Positions 27,681 through 37,511 of a stretch of 64,000 nucleotides of DNA are shown here, piece after piece (positions within the stretch are counted from its first letter, which is position 1; the number at the start of each line of letters is the position of its first letter). The stretch spans positions 65,712-129,711 of the forward strand of contig CAYQWZ010000003.1 of NCBI GenBank assembly GCA_964421635.1, read 5' to 3'. Both the position numbers and the translations under genes were made by a program. The notes beneath the pieces are model-generated. The model had not been told where the DNA came from. It made no database searches and saw only the letters and a list, made by a program, of their open reading frames with translations. The DNA comes from an uncultured Candidatus Saccharibacteria bacterium (GTDB taxonomy: Bacteria > Patescibacteriota > UBA1384 > CAILIB01 > JAUSJZ01).

Positions 27681-28409
27681 ATGACTACATTAATTACGGG
27701 TGCAGCTAATGGTTTAGGCCAGCAAATTGGCATTGCGTTAAATAAGCTAGGGCATGAGTTAGTACTAATGGATAAAGATGAGACGGCGCTAGTTAAATTC
27801 TGTGGCACACTAAGGCGAGTTACATACTTTGTGGCAGATATAACCAAGGAAGACGAAATAAAGGCAATTTCTGAAAAGTTGAAAGAGCAAAAAATTAGTT
27901 TAGACAATATCATTAATAATGCAGGTGTGGCATATTACCATAATTTAGTTGACATGCCAGCTAGTGAATTTAAAAAACAGCTTGATGTTAATATTTTAGG
28001 ATCCTTCTTAATAACCAAGCATTTTGTACCCGAACTGATTGCCAAAAAAAGCGGATCAGTAATAAATATTGGTTCGCGTATGGCTTATCTTTTTGAAGCC
28101 GAGCGTTCAGGCTATTGTGCTTCAAAATTTGGTTTACGGGGTATGTCACTGTGTTTTTCTGAAGAAGCAAAAGAGCACCAAGTGAAAGTTACTGTTATTG
28201 AACCAGACAGTATTTTGACAAATTTTAATAACGATTTACAAAACAAGCTTGATCGCCAAAAGAAAGGGGAAGCATTTTTGAACCCTGAAGAGGTGGCGCA
28301 GTTTGTGGCTAATCTTATTGCGGGCGAGGTTGACTGGCATACTGAATTTAAACTTTTAGCTAAACCCTCTGGCATGGAAATAGTGGGTGAAGACCTAGAT
28401 TCTATTTAG
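27681..28409 (+). CDS. SDR family oxidoreductase
   Basis: TGAANGLG, NNAG, S...YCASK. Confidence 0.92.
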   Translation: MTTLITGAANGLGQQIGIALNKLGHELVLMDKDETALVKFCGTLRRVTYFVADITKEDEIKAISEKLKEQKISLDNIINNAGVAYYHNLVDMPASEFKKQLDVNILGSFLITKHFVPELIAKKSGSVINIGSRMAYLFEAERSGYCASKFGLRGMSLCFSEEAKEHQVKVTVIEPDSILTNFNNDLQNKLDRQKKGEAFLNPEEVAQFVANLIAGEVDWHTEFKLLAKPSGMEIVGEDLDSI

Positions 28410-28417
28410 TTTAATTG

Positions 28418-30202
28418 TTAGGGCAAGAAAAATCTTTTTTTTCTAAAAATTGGGCGGGCCAAAAAATCTGCTAACACGCCGAGCCAAAATAACGGATGCC
28501 AATTAACATAAACCTGCTTTGGCAGGTATTTTCTTTTAAAAGTAAAGTATTGCATAATGGGAATTTCTTGAGAAGCAATTAATCCTAAAGAAAAAATTAG
28601 ACGAGCTTTGTTTTTGTATGACAGTTTTGCTGGACGATTAATTCTCAAATAGCTGCTGCTTTGTATGCCAATGTTTTTGCGCATCATAGATAGGCAGAAA
28701 GATAATGAAAGAGCGGAGTAATCTTGAAATTTTGAATTAAATAAATTACTAAGTGGCAAGTCTTTTGGTTTTATTACTAGCAAGTTCAAGACATCTATAG
28801 CTTTGGGGCCATCTGTAGTGTAGCCGTAAATAATTTGGTCGGGTAGCATGTTTTGTAGCCGTTCTCTAAATTTGTAATCTATTGTGCAATTACTGCCAAA
28901 ACATACTAAGTAGTCGAAAGATAAATTTGCTAGCTGTGAGTTAAGCTCGGTGGCTAAATTAGTAGAACAATTTTTTAAAACTGTATTTGGTGGAAATTGA
29001 GCATCGCGTAGTTGTTTATAAGTGAGATAATTTTGTGGAATGAGAGTCAGTTGGTCTTTTTCAGAATCAAAGCTAAGACTTTGAAGCAGGCAATGAAGCT
29101 GTTTTATGCTGGTTATCGAATGAAGTACATAGTTTATTGCTAGCGAAGTTTTTATAAGATTTGTGGAATTTTGTAAGCTGGCGGAATTTTGAAGATAGAT
29201 TTTGGACGGCTTTTGCGTGGCAATTTTTAGACCATGGCGCCAATTGACCTCAAATTGTTGGGCGGGCGATAAATATTGTGGATGAGCCAGACTGGTAACA
29301 GCTATTGAATGATATTGATCTTGATATTTTTTAATAAATGGAACGACGCACTGCTCAATTAAATTAGTATTTTGAGCATTGTTGATAAATATTAAAGATT
29401 TTATATTTTTATCACTATCTTGAGCCAACATGGCTGTGAGTCTCTGTTTTAGGTGTTGACCAGAACCACTAACAGAAATTAAAAAGGATGACGCAGGCAA
29501 GGTGTAGAAGGATTCATATTTTTTATGAACATACTGTCGGCAGGCTAAAATCTTAGCAAAATGTTGCGTGGTATTTTTTTTAGCTGATGAAACATAGTAG
29601 CGATAAATTGGTTTATCAATAAATTGATAACGAAGTTTGTGAGATAAATTATTTAAATGAAAGTCCCAATCTTCTTCAGAATAGGGAATATCTTTATCCC
29701 AAGGGTTTTTGGGCAAAGCTACTTTCTTTACAGCACAGCAAGTATCAATAGAGCTAATAAGATACAGACTAGAAAAAGATGGTAAATAAGAGTTAAAAAT
29801 AGCCTGATTTGCTTCTATTGATCCAAAATTTAAAGCTTGCCCAAAAACCACCTCAGCTTGGTTATTCATAATTGGAACGACAGTTTCAGAAAAAAAGTTT
29901 GGCAGTAGCTGGTTATCGGCGTCTAAATAGATAATAATCTGACCGCGCGACAATCTCGTTCCCAAGTTCCGCGCGACACTCGGGCTTTGAGCGCTAATGC
30001 GTCTAAATTGAAAATTAACATCTGTAAATTGTCGCATTACTACCTCTGGATTATCTTGAGAATTATCATCAATCAAGACAATTTCATACGCCAATTTAGC
30101 GGTCTGTTTAGTAACGGAATTGATGGCAGTAGCCAAAAACAGCCGGTGATTATGACAAGGAATAACGACACTAATTAAAGGTGGAGTTGTATTATTTGAC
30201 AT
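28418..30202 (-). CDS. GT2 glycosyltransferase with degenerate downstream GT-like domains
   Basis: ISVVIPCHN, IDDNSQD, ARNLG, LDAD, EDWDF. Confidence 0.85.
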   Translation of the reverse strand: MSNNTTPPLISVVIPCHNHRLFLATAINSVTKQTAKLAYEIVLIDDNSQDNPEVVMRQFTDVNFQFRRISAQSPSVARNLGTRLSRGQIIIYLDADNQLLPNFFSETVVPIMNNQAEVVFGQALNFGSIEANQAIFNSYLPSFSSLYLISSIDTCCAVKKVALPKNPWDKDIPYSEEDWDFHLNNLSHKLRYQFIDKPIYRYYVSSAKKNTTQHFAKILACRQYVHKKYESFYTLPASSFLISVSGSGQHLKQRLTAMLAQDSDKNIKSLIFINNAQNTNLIEQCVVPFIKKYQDQYHSIAVTSLAHPQYLSPAQQFEVNWRHGLKIATQKPSKIYLQNSASLQNSTNLIKTSLAINYVLHSITSIKQLHCLLQSLSFDSEKDQLTLIPQNYLTYKQLRDAQFPPNTVLKNCSTNLATELNSQLANLSFDYLVCFGSNCTIDYKFRERLQNMLPDQIIYGYTTDGPKAIDVLNLLVIKPKDLPLSNLFNSKFQDYSALSLSFCLSMMRKNIGIQSSSYLRINRPAKLSYKNKARLIFSLGLIASQEIPIMQYFTFKRKYLPKQVYVNWHPLFWLGVLADFLARPIFRKKRFFLP

Positions 30203-30898
30203 TCAACCGCTTTGTTTATACTGTTCAATTACTTTTTTAGGGCAACCGTCGGCAATAATTTTACCATTTTTTATGTATATGACGCGAGTTGCTATATTGA
30301 CTAAATTATCTAGCTGATGAGTGGCCAAAATTATAGTGCATTTCTGCTTTCTTAAGGATTCAAATTTCTTAGTCGCTTTGGCTGAAAAATTTTTATCTCC
30401 AACCGAAATAATTTCGTCTAAGCAAATTAATTTAGGATTTCCCATTGTCGCCACCGAATAAGCTAATTTCATGCGCATACCGCTAGAATAATGACTAAGT
30501 GGCTCTTGAATAACATGAGCTAAACCAGAGAATCTAATAATTGAGTCAAGGTGAGCTTTAATCTCCCTTTTTTCTATGCCAATTATGGCGCCAAAGTAAA
30601 AGATATTCTGTACACCGGTTGCTTCATATACCAGATTTTGGGTTAACTCAATAATTGTGCGAGGCATTACTTGCCGTTTAATTAATCCTTTATCTATGTC
30701 TAAAGTGCCGCCAATGGCGCGCAGAAGGGTGGTTTTGCCGCATCCGTTAGGCCCAATGACCCCGATTACTTCTTGCTCAAAAATATCGAAGCTGACCCTG
30801 TCGAGCGCCTTGACGAGCTGACGGCTGCCCTTGCCAGCCTGTGGGGACAGATATTGCTTGGTGACAGAGTTTAGAGTTATTAATGGATTATTCGACAT
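30203..30898 (-). CDS. Polysaccharide ABC exporter ATPase (Wzt/TagH type)
   Basis: GPNGCGKT, YSSGM, LDEIISVGD, ATH; no C-terminal carbohydrate-binding domain. Confidence 0.9.
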   Translation of the reverse strand: MSNNPLITLNSVTKQYLSPQAGKGSRQLVKALDRVSFDIFEQEVIGVIGPNGCGKTTLLRAIGGTLDIDKGLIKRQVMPRTIIELTQNLVYEATGVQNIFYFGAIIGIEKREIKAHLDSIIRFSGLAHVIQEPLSHYSSGMRMKLAYSVATMGNPKLICLDEIISVGDKNFSAKATKKFESLRKQKCTIILATHQLDNLVNIATRVIYIKNGKIIADGCPKKVIEQYKQSG

Positions 30899-31700
30899 CG
30901 TAAACTTTTTTTTGATTTCGCATAAAGAAAAAATTGGTCAAAATTAACAGAACGACAGACATTAGAAAGATTTTAATTAATTTGTCAGAGTCGAATGTAT
31001 TGGTCAGCATTATTTGGCGAAAGCTAGCGAGCATATGTACTAAAGGATTCAAATTGACGAACCATAGTTTGGGTGCAATTAAGGTTGCCGGATAAAAAAT
31101 AGGGGAAGACCAGAACCAAATAGAGAGAATGAACGAAATAAGGTGGCCAAAATCGCGAACGAAAATGTTGATTAAAGAGAAAAACAGACTGAGGGCGTAT
31201 ACAAAAATAAACAGACAGATGGCGAACAGAATAAGAGCCAAAATATTTATCTGTGTTTGCAGCTGAAGAGCGAAGACAATTATTAGTACTACAGCTGTGT
31301 CGGTTAAAAAATCAATAAATTTAACAATGGTATTAGAAAGGGGGAGCAAGAAGAGAGGAAGATAATTATTCTTGACTAATCCTTTATTCATAATGAAAGT
31401 ATTCATTGACTGAATAATAGTACGAGAGACGAAATTCCAGACAGTTAAGCCCGATAATATAATGACGGGCAGCTCTATTGTTTCGGTACCGGGAGCTTTC
31501 AGACCAATTACCTTAACCAAAAAGAAAGAGATGACCAAGGCTTGAATAATTGGGGTCAAGATAATCCATAGCCAACCCAAAACGGTGAATTTGTAGCGGG
31601 AACGGATCTCTTTCTGAGTTAACACAATTAGTCGTTCAAAGTTGATTTTGAACCAGTATTTGCGCGGCGGCGATAAGTGCTTAGTTAATGCTGTAGCCAC
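30888..31700 (-). CDS. Polysaccharide ABC exporter permease (Wzm/TagG type)
   Basis: RYKFTVLGWLW, RDFGH, SPIFYP, LNPL. Confidence 0.9.
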   Translation of the reverse strand: MATALTKHLSPPRKYWFKINFERLIVLTQKEIRSRYKFTVLGWLWIILTPIIQALVISFFLVKVIGLKAPGTETIELPVIILSGLTVWNFVSRTIIQSMNTFIMNKGLVKNNYLPLFLLPLSNTIVKFIDFLTDTAVVLIIVFALQLQTQINILALILFAICLFIFVYALSLFFSLINIFVRDFGHLISFILSIWFWSSPIFYPATLIAPKLWFVNLNPLVHMLASFRQIMLTNTFDSDKLIKIFLMSVVLLILTNFFFMRNQKKVYDVE

Positions 31701-31712
31701 ATATAAAGTATA

Positions 31713-33284
31713 TCAAGATGAGGTGGCTTTGGTAATTTTTCTTTTCAATTTTGGGGGTTGGGCGGCGGCGGGCAGAGTTATAACGAAAGATGTTCCAATA
31801 GAATTGTTTTTAGCTTCTATACCGCCGCCGTGCTGTTCAATAATCCATTTTACTAGGGGGAGTCCTAGTCCAGCGCTACCGGCAATGTTTTTAGTTTTTT
31901 TGTCCTGAAAATAAGTGTCGAAGATTTTTTTGTTTGCCGATTTGCTGATTCCGCATCCTTCATCAGCAATAGTGATTTTTACTTGATTCTCAATTTTTTT
32001 AGCCTCAATCGATATTTTAGAATTTTCAGGTGAAAATTTTTGAGCGTTGTCCACCAAATTAATCAAAGCCTCAAAAAAATAGTTGGTATCAATCTCGGTA
32101 TAACAGTTATCTTCTAGTGAAAAAACAATTTTGTGTGATGGAGCAAGAGATTTAATTTCGCCTGACCATGAACGAATCAGTTTTTTAATATTGGTATTTC
32201 GAGGCTGAATTTTAGCTAATTTTGAGTCAATTTTAGTATTTTGCACAATATTATGTACGGTTCTATAGGTAGCGTTGATTATGTTTTCAATATCCTGAAT
32301 ATCCTTTTTTATTAACTTGTTTTTATTTTTTGCAGTTCTGATTTTTGTTTGGGCAATTATTAGAGGGCCTTTAAGACGGTGCGCGACGTCGGATATGAAA
32401 TTCATGTTAGCTTTATGAACTTTTTCTAATTCTAGGTGCTCGAGCTCTTTTCTATTGATCTTGTTGACAATGTCCCAGCTGGCGAAAACAACTAATAGAA
32501 AAAGAAGGATTTTATATGTCAGAAGATTGCTTGGGGCGGCAATAGCAGCTGCTGTAGTAATCGTTAGCAGGGTTGTATAGAAGACAATTTCTTTCGCTAC
32601 AATACGGATGTCGAAGAGTTGGTGTTTATATATTGCAAAAGACAGAACAAGTACAAAAAAGAAGCCTGAGAGAAAAGGAAATGGATAAATACTAATATTA
32701 TATGCAGGCAGAAAAGCTAATGGGCCAATAGTGAATAATATAATAAAAGCTAGATATACAAGTTTGGTTTGGTTGGCAATATTTTTGTTTTTTTGTTTAC
32801 TTTTTTTATAGTGCAAATGTAAATTTCTAAGCATTCCAAGTGTATGAATAGTGAACCATAATAAGAAAATATGATGCCATATTTGAGCTTGTGTATGAAC
32901 ACCCCAAGGATAATAGAATAAGTCTTTTACAAAGTAGTCTGTTCGACTCATTATTAGGAATGTGAATGCTCCAAAATATGAGAAAGGAAGTAATTTACTT
33001 TGATTGTTGAGCTTTGTATAGGCAATACTGAAATGATAAACAAGTGTTGGTATGAAGACGACTCCGAGGTAAATAAATCTATCCCAAAAAATTTGTTGCG
33101 TAGAGAATTCAGATATAAACAACATAAAAGTGCCAAACAGCCATATAACAATTGAGATACTAAAAAAGATAAATATAGAATTTAAATCGTTCTTTCTATT
33201 CTTTTTATAAACAGCTAAAGAGAAAAGCAAAACAAGAATTGCGCTAATTAGTGGAAAGAAATCAGAGGTGTTAAATATTGGCAT
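31713..33284 (-). CDS. Histidine kinase with N-terminal 7TM sensor and atypical H-box
   Basis: 7TM region ending KHQLFDIR; AHRLKGPL; NLVDNAQKF; DEGCGI; GLGL. Confidence 0.88.
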   Translation of the reverse strand: MPIFNTSDFFPLISAILVLLFSLAVYKKNRKNDLNSIFIFFSISIVIWLFGTFMLFISEFSTQQIFWDRFIYLGVVFIPTLVYHFSIAYTKLNNQSKLLPFSYFGAFTFLIMSRTDYFVKDLFYYPWGVHTQAQIWHHIFLLWFTIHTLGMLRNLHLHYKKSKQKNKNIANQTKLVYLAFIILFTIGPLAFLPAYNISIYPFPFLSGFFFVLVLSFAIYKHQLFDIRIVAKEIVFYTTLLTITTAAAIAAPSNLLTYKILLFLLVVFASWDIVNKINRKELEHLELEKVHKANMNFISDVAHRLKGPLIIAQTKIRTAKNKNKLIKKDIQDIENIINATYRTVHNIVQNTKIDSKLAKIQPRNTNIKKLIRSWSGEIKSLAPSHKIVFSLEDNCYTEIDTNYFFEALINLVDNAQKFSPENSKISIEAKKIENQVKITIADEGCGISKSANKKIFDTYFQDKKTKNIAGSAGLGLPLVKWIIEQHGGGIEAKNNSIGTSFVITLPAAAQPPKLKRKITKATSS

Positions 33285-33285
33285 T

Positions 33286-34839
33286 CTAATTATCTGCTAC
33301 TTGTTTGTTAATTAACCTGTTTTTTTTGTGGAGTGGTTTTTCTAAACATGGAAGGACAAGAGAGAAGGTTGTTCCACAATTTTTATTATTGTGTTTAATA
33401 GTACTTTCTACCAATATTTTACCGCCGTGCTGCTCGACGACCCATTTGACAAGGGGTAATCCTAATCCGGCGCTACCAGCAACTGTGGTTTTGTTTTTTC
33501 CTTGATAATGTCGTCGGAAAACTTTTTTCAATTCAGATTTATCTATTCCTGATCCTTCATCGGCAATTGATAGGTAAAGAAGATTAGAATCCTTTTTTAA
33601 TTGAATGGTGATTTTGCTTTTTGGTGGTGAGAATTTTCGAGCGTTATCTATAATGTTGGTTAATGCTTCCAATAGGTAGCCGCGATCTATTGAAGCATGA
33701 CAATTTGGTTCGGTTTGGAAAATTATTTTGTGATCTGGAGCCAAGGATTCTAAGTAAGTGAGTTGATGTTTTAGAAAGTCTGACAAATTGGTTGGCTGTT
33801 TGCGGATTGTTGCCATACCAAAATCAATTTTGCTGTTTTGGACAATGTTCTTTACGGTGTTGGTGGTCGCTAGTGATATTTCAGCGATTCCTTTTAATTC
33901 AGGTTGATAATTCTTTTTATTTTTTATTGCTTTGTTTGCTTTAGTGTTGATAATTACCAAAGGGCCTTTTAAGCGATGAGCGACATCTGAAATAAATTCC
34001 ATGTTAGCCTTGTATTCTCGTTGGAGATTTTTATACTGTGAGATATCTTTTCGGTTTTGTTTAGTTATATCTGTGAGGGCGACAATTGCAATAAAGGTTA
34101 CGAAAAGTTTTGTAAACATGGGAGTTGTGTTAGATAGAATAGTGAATGAAAATAAATGAAAAAAGAGCAATAGGGCAAAAAACTTGATAAGGGAATGATT
34201 GAGCTTGCTATCCTTTGTTTTAAAGGAACTAAAATAAATGAAAATGCTGAATATTAATGATGAGATTGGGCCAATGAAGACTAAATTTTCTTGGCCGACC
34301 AGAGGTAGGTAAAGGTCAGTTGTGCTGGCAATTAATGCAAAAGTGATAAAACCGATAAAAATAAATCGGTTACTAATTTTATTTTTACTATTATCTTTTA
34401 TAACAAATATTATTTGGGCGAGAATAGATACTGCGATGAAGACTGCGTATATATAGGTGAAATTATTAGTATCTGAAATTATTATTCCATTGATAATCTC
34501 TGAGTTAGGGAATATTCCAGGATTAACAGTTACGACAGCTAACAAAAGAGCAATAATACCAATAAGTATTAATATTTTATGATTAATTTTTGCTTTGGTT
34601 GATTGATAAAAAAATAAGAAAGAGGTTAGAGCAATAAATAATCCTGCAGTACCAATTAGTTTTTGGAAAACGTCAATTTCTGTTAAGTAGTACAAGAAAT
34701 ATGTGAAGTTGTACAAGCATAATGATAGCAGTATATATAAATAGTAAAGACGGATTTTATCTTTAATAGAAATTGAGAACGCAAAAGATAAGTGAATTAT
34801 AGCTGTAGAAAGAAGTATTAATTGAACATCACTCATCAA
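33286..34839 (-). CDS. Histidine kinase with N-terminal multi-TM sensor, paralog
   Basis: Multi-TM N-terminus; AHRLKGPL; NIIDNARKF; DEGSGI; GSAGLGLPLVKW. Confidence 0.88.
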   Translation of the reverse strand: MMSDVQLILLSTAIIHLSFAFSISIKDKIRLYYLYILLSLCLYNFTYFLYYLTEIDVFQKLIGTAGLFIALTSFLFFYQSTKAKINHKILILIGIIALLLAVVTVNPGIFPNSEIINGIIISDTNNFTYIYAVFIAVSILAQIIFVIKDNSKNKISNRFIFIGFITFALIASTTDLYLPLVGQENLVFIGPISSLIFSIFIYFSSFKTKDSKLNHSLIKFFALLLFFHLFSFTILSNTTPMFTKLFVTFIAIVALTDITKQNRKDISQYKNLQREYKANMEFISDVAHRLKGPLVIINTKANKAIKNKKNYQPELKGIAEISLATTNTVKNIVQNSKIDFGMATIRKQPTNLSDFLKHQLTYLESLAPDHKIIFQTEPNCHASIDRGYLLEALTNIIDNARKFSPPKSKITIQLKKDSNLLYLSIADEGSGIDKSELKKVFRRHYQGKNKTTVAGSAGLGLPLVKWVVEQHGGKILVESTIKHNNKNCGTTFSLVLPCLEKPLHKKNRLINKQVADN

Positions 34840-34873
34840 TATGAGTGTTAGCAGAAAGTAGATGAAGAATCAA

Positions 34874-35977
34874 TTAACTTTTAGATTTTTTTAGTTGGTT
34901 TGCAACAACCTTGAAGGGTTCGTCGAAAGACTTAATATTGGCGGTATCATCTTGCTTATCAATTTTTGGTTTGATATACGCATACAACTGTGGTTTTTCT
35001 GATTTAAAATATGCTAAATTTTTCTTAATTAATGGCAAATTTGAAGGTGGTAGGCTATTGTTTATTAGTTGCGCCTTAGCTTTTATTAGTTGGAGAGTTA
35101 TATCTGGTGGACCAAGGTTTCCTGTTGCGATAAGAAAATTATTGGTTTGTAGTCTCCTCATCTTTTTTAAAATTGTATTCTTGAGGTGTTTATCAAGATT
35201 TGTTTCAGAAATTATAGCTTGATCAATTAGCTTTGTAATATTATTAGGTTCGGTCAAATGATTAATTTTGCCTTTCTTGTGTATACACCTGATAATTTTA
35301 TTACATAGACGATCTACAGATGTAAAACCCATAAAGCTTGTGAGAAGAGCCACTTCATTATAAGTGTAATTACCACTTTCTCCACCATCAAGAGTAATTA
35401 TTTGTATATCAGAGGATCGTTTTTGTATTATTACAGGTGAAAATATACATAATCCTGGTTTGATTTCAATTACTTTCAACTTGTCACGCAAACCCCTTTG
35501 GAGTAGTAAATTCATTGAAGTAATAATGCCAGCTATGGCAGCTTTATTGATAATTGGTAAATTAGCTTGTTTTTCACCATGTGTAAATGGAATATTAAAC
35601 CCCAAACCACCTGAGCCCGTTGTTCCAATTTGAACATAAGTACATTTTTTCTCTAAAGATGTGAATATTTCAAAAAGATTAGCAAAAAAAGTTATAATTT
35701 TATTTACATCTGCTATTCCATTTTTTGAGCAGATAGTGGCCATGTTAACAGAATTAATTATCAGATCTGGTTTGGTTGATTGAATAATGAATGTTAATTT
35801 TTTATTATCAAAAATGTCATAAAACAAATATTTAACATTGTGCAATTTTCTTTTTACTGAAATGTCTATTACAATAAGGTCGTAGTTATCGACTAGTTTG
35901 GCTGTAAGATTCCTTCCGACAAGGCCATTACCTCCAAACACAAGAGCGGTTTTTTTATGGGTTATATTTTTCAACAT
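34874..35977 (-). CDS. Atypical NAD(P)-binding Rossmann epimerase/reductase-like protein
   Basis: FGGNGLVG, KPDLIIN; Gly-rich GTTGSGGLG; no YxxxK at the expected position. Confidence 0.65.
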   Translation of the reverse strand: MLKNITHKKTALVFGGNGLVGRNLTAKLVDNYDLIVIDISVKRKLHNVKYLFYDIFDNKKLTFIIQSTKPDLIINSVNMATICSKNGIADVNKIITFFANLFEIFTSLEKKCTYVQIGTTGSGGLGFNIPFTHGEKQANLPIINKAAIAGIITSMNLLLQRGLRDKLKVIEIKPGLCIFSPVIIQKRSSDIQIITLDGGESGNYTYNEVALLTSFMGFTSVDRLCNKIIRCIHKKGKINHLTEPNNITKLIDQAIISETNLDKHLKNTILKKMRRLQTNNFLIATGNLGPPDITLQLIKAKAQLINNSLPPSNLPLIKKNLAYFKSEKPQLYAYIKPKIDKQDDTANIKSFDEPFKVVANQLKKSKS

Positions 35978-35978
35978 T

Positions 35979-37511
35979 ATGTCAACCTACTTTCCATTAA
36001 TACCATATTATTCAAGGAGAGCATATCAAATATTAAAGCAGTCAAAGAATTCTTTTTTTTCCGCGTTAACATATTTTAATGTTGATTTTGCATATAATTA
36101 CATAACAAAATCAACACCAAATGTCATTATTAGAGATGGTGTAATTTCAGAAAGAAAGCTTGGCGAATATATTTGTTTAAAAGTGCCTGCATATAAACGT
36201 TTGTTAAAAGAAAATAGGGTAGATAAACCTGTGATTGATAAAGAAAATTATCTATTAGAAAATGATTTTACTGATATGTTACCAAATGGTGATATTGGTT
36301 ATGCTGATGTGATATCGGTTAGTTCTGGCTCTAGTGGTAAACCATTTTTTTGGCCACGTGGCAAATATCTTGAATTAGAAACGACTATTATCCATGAAAT
36401 ATTATTGAAATATGTGTTTGATATTGATAAAAAACACACATTATTTATTAACGCATATTCTATGGGAATGTATGTTGCTGGTGTTTTTACCAACAATGCA
36501 GTAACAAGAATTGCTGAAAGAGGCTACAATATCAGCATTATTAATCCGGGAATTTCTGAAAAAGATATTATCAGAATAATAAAGGAAATAGGAAGAGCAT
36601 ATGACCAAATTATTATTAGTGGTTACCCGCCTTTTATTTTAGATGTTATAGAAGCTGGTAGAAATGAAGGAATCAAGTGGAAGGAAAAAGATTTGAAATT
36701 TATATTTGGTGCTGAAGCTATTAGTGAAGAATGGAGGAATAATTTATTAAAATTAATCGGAGACACAAATAAATATTTTTCTAGCTTTAATACATATGGT
36801 TCAGCTGATCTTGCTATGCTTGGTCACGAAACACCTTTTAGTATTTTCATTAAAGATCAACTAGTTAAAAACAAACATTTGTATAAAACAATACTAAATT
36901 CCCGTTCAATATCTACATTGGTACAATATCATCCATCATTAAAACACTTTAATGAAAAAAATGGTGAGTTATTTTGCTCAGGGCTCGGTGGAATACCACT
37001 ATATAATTACAATTTACATGATCATGGCTCAGTTTATACCATTGAAGATATGATTGGTCTTTTTGAATCTGTAGGTGTTAATATAATTAAATTAGCAGAA
37101 AAAGAAAATATACCAATTTGGAATCTTCCTTTCGTTGTTCTTTTTGGTAAGAGTGATCAGACAGTTACATTGTATGGTTTAAATGTTTATCCTCAAACAA
37201 TAAGGAAAGCACTTGAATCAAAAGAATTAATTGATTTTGTGACAGCAAGATCTACTATATCAACAGAATATAAGAAAAGAGGGACACAATATTTGAAAGT
37301 AATTGTTGAGTTGAAAAAAGGGGAAAGGGTATCAAATAGTAAAAGGAATAAAATATCTGAAAAAGTATTCCAAATATTATTTGAAGATAATTATGAATAT
37401 AGAACGCTTTATCAAAAAATAGGTGATAAGGCTAAACCAGTTATTAAGCTAGTGATGTATGGTAGGATTGCTGAAAATAGGGGAATAAAACAACAATGGA
37501 TAAAGAGATAA
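35979..37511 (+). CDS. Phenylacetate-CoA ligase/CapK-like ANL adenylating enzyme
   Basis: VPAY, SSGSSGKP, GYPPF, GAE, YGSAD, YNLHD, GKSD, GLNVYP. Confidence 0.87.
   Translation: MSTYFPLIPYYSRRAYQILKQSKNSFFSALTYFNVDFAYNYITKSTPNVIIRDGVISERKLGEYICLKVPAYKRLLKENRVDKPVIDKENYLLENDFTDMLPNGDIGYADVISVSSGSSGKPFFWPRGKYLELETTIIHEILLKYVFDIDKKHTLFINAYSMGMYVAGVFTNNAVTRIAERGYNISIINPGISEKDIIRIIKEIGRAYDQIIISGYPPFILDVIEAGRNEGIKWKEKDLKFIFGAEAISEEWRNNLLKLIGDTNKYFSSFNTYGSADLAMLGHETPFSIFIKDQLVKNKHLYKTILNSRSISTLVQYHPSLKHFNEKNGELFCSGLGGIPLYNYNLHDHGSVYTIEDMIGLFESVGVNIIKLAEKENIPIWNLPFVVLFGKSDQTVTLYGLNVYPQTIRKALESKELIDFVTARSTISTEYKKRGTQYLKVIVELKKGERVSNSKRNKISEKVFQILFEDNYEYRTLYQKIGDKAKPVIKLVMYGRIAENRGIKQQWIKR

Noticed and set aside
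35898-35978. Track TTG start of the PaaK-like gene
   Set aside because: It would overlap the Rossmann motif of the divergent gene; ATG35979 is preferred
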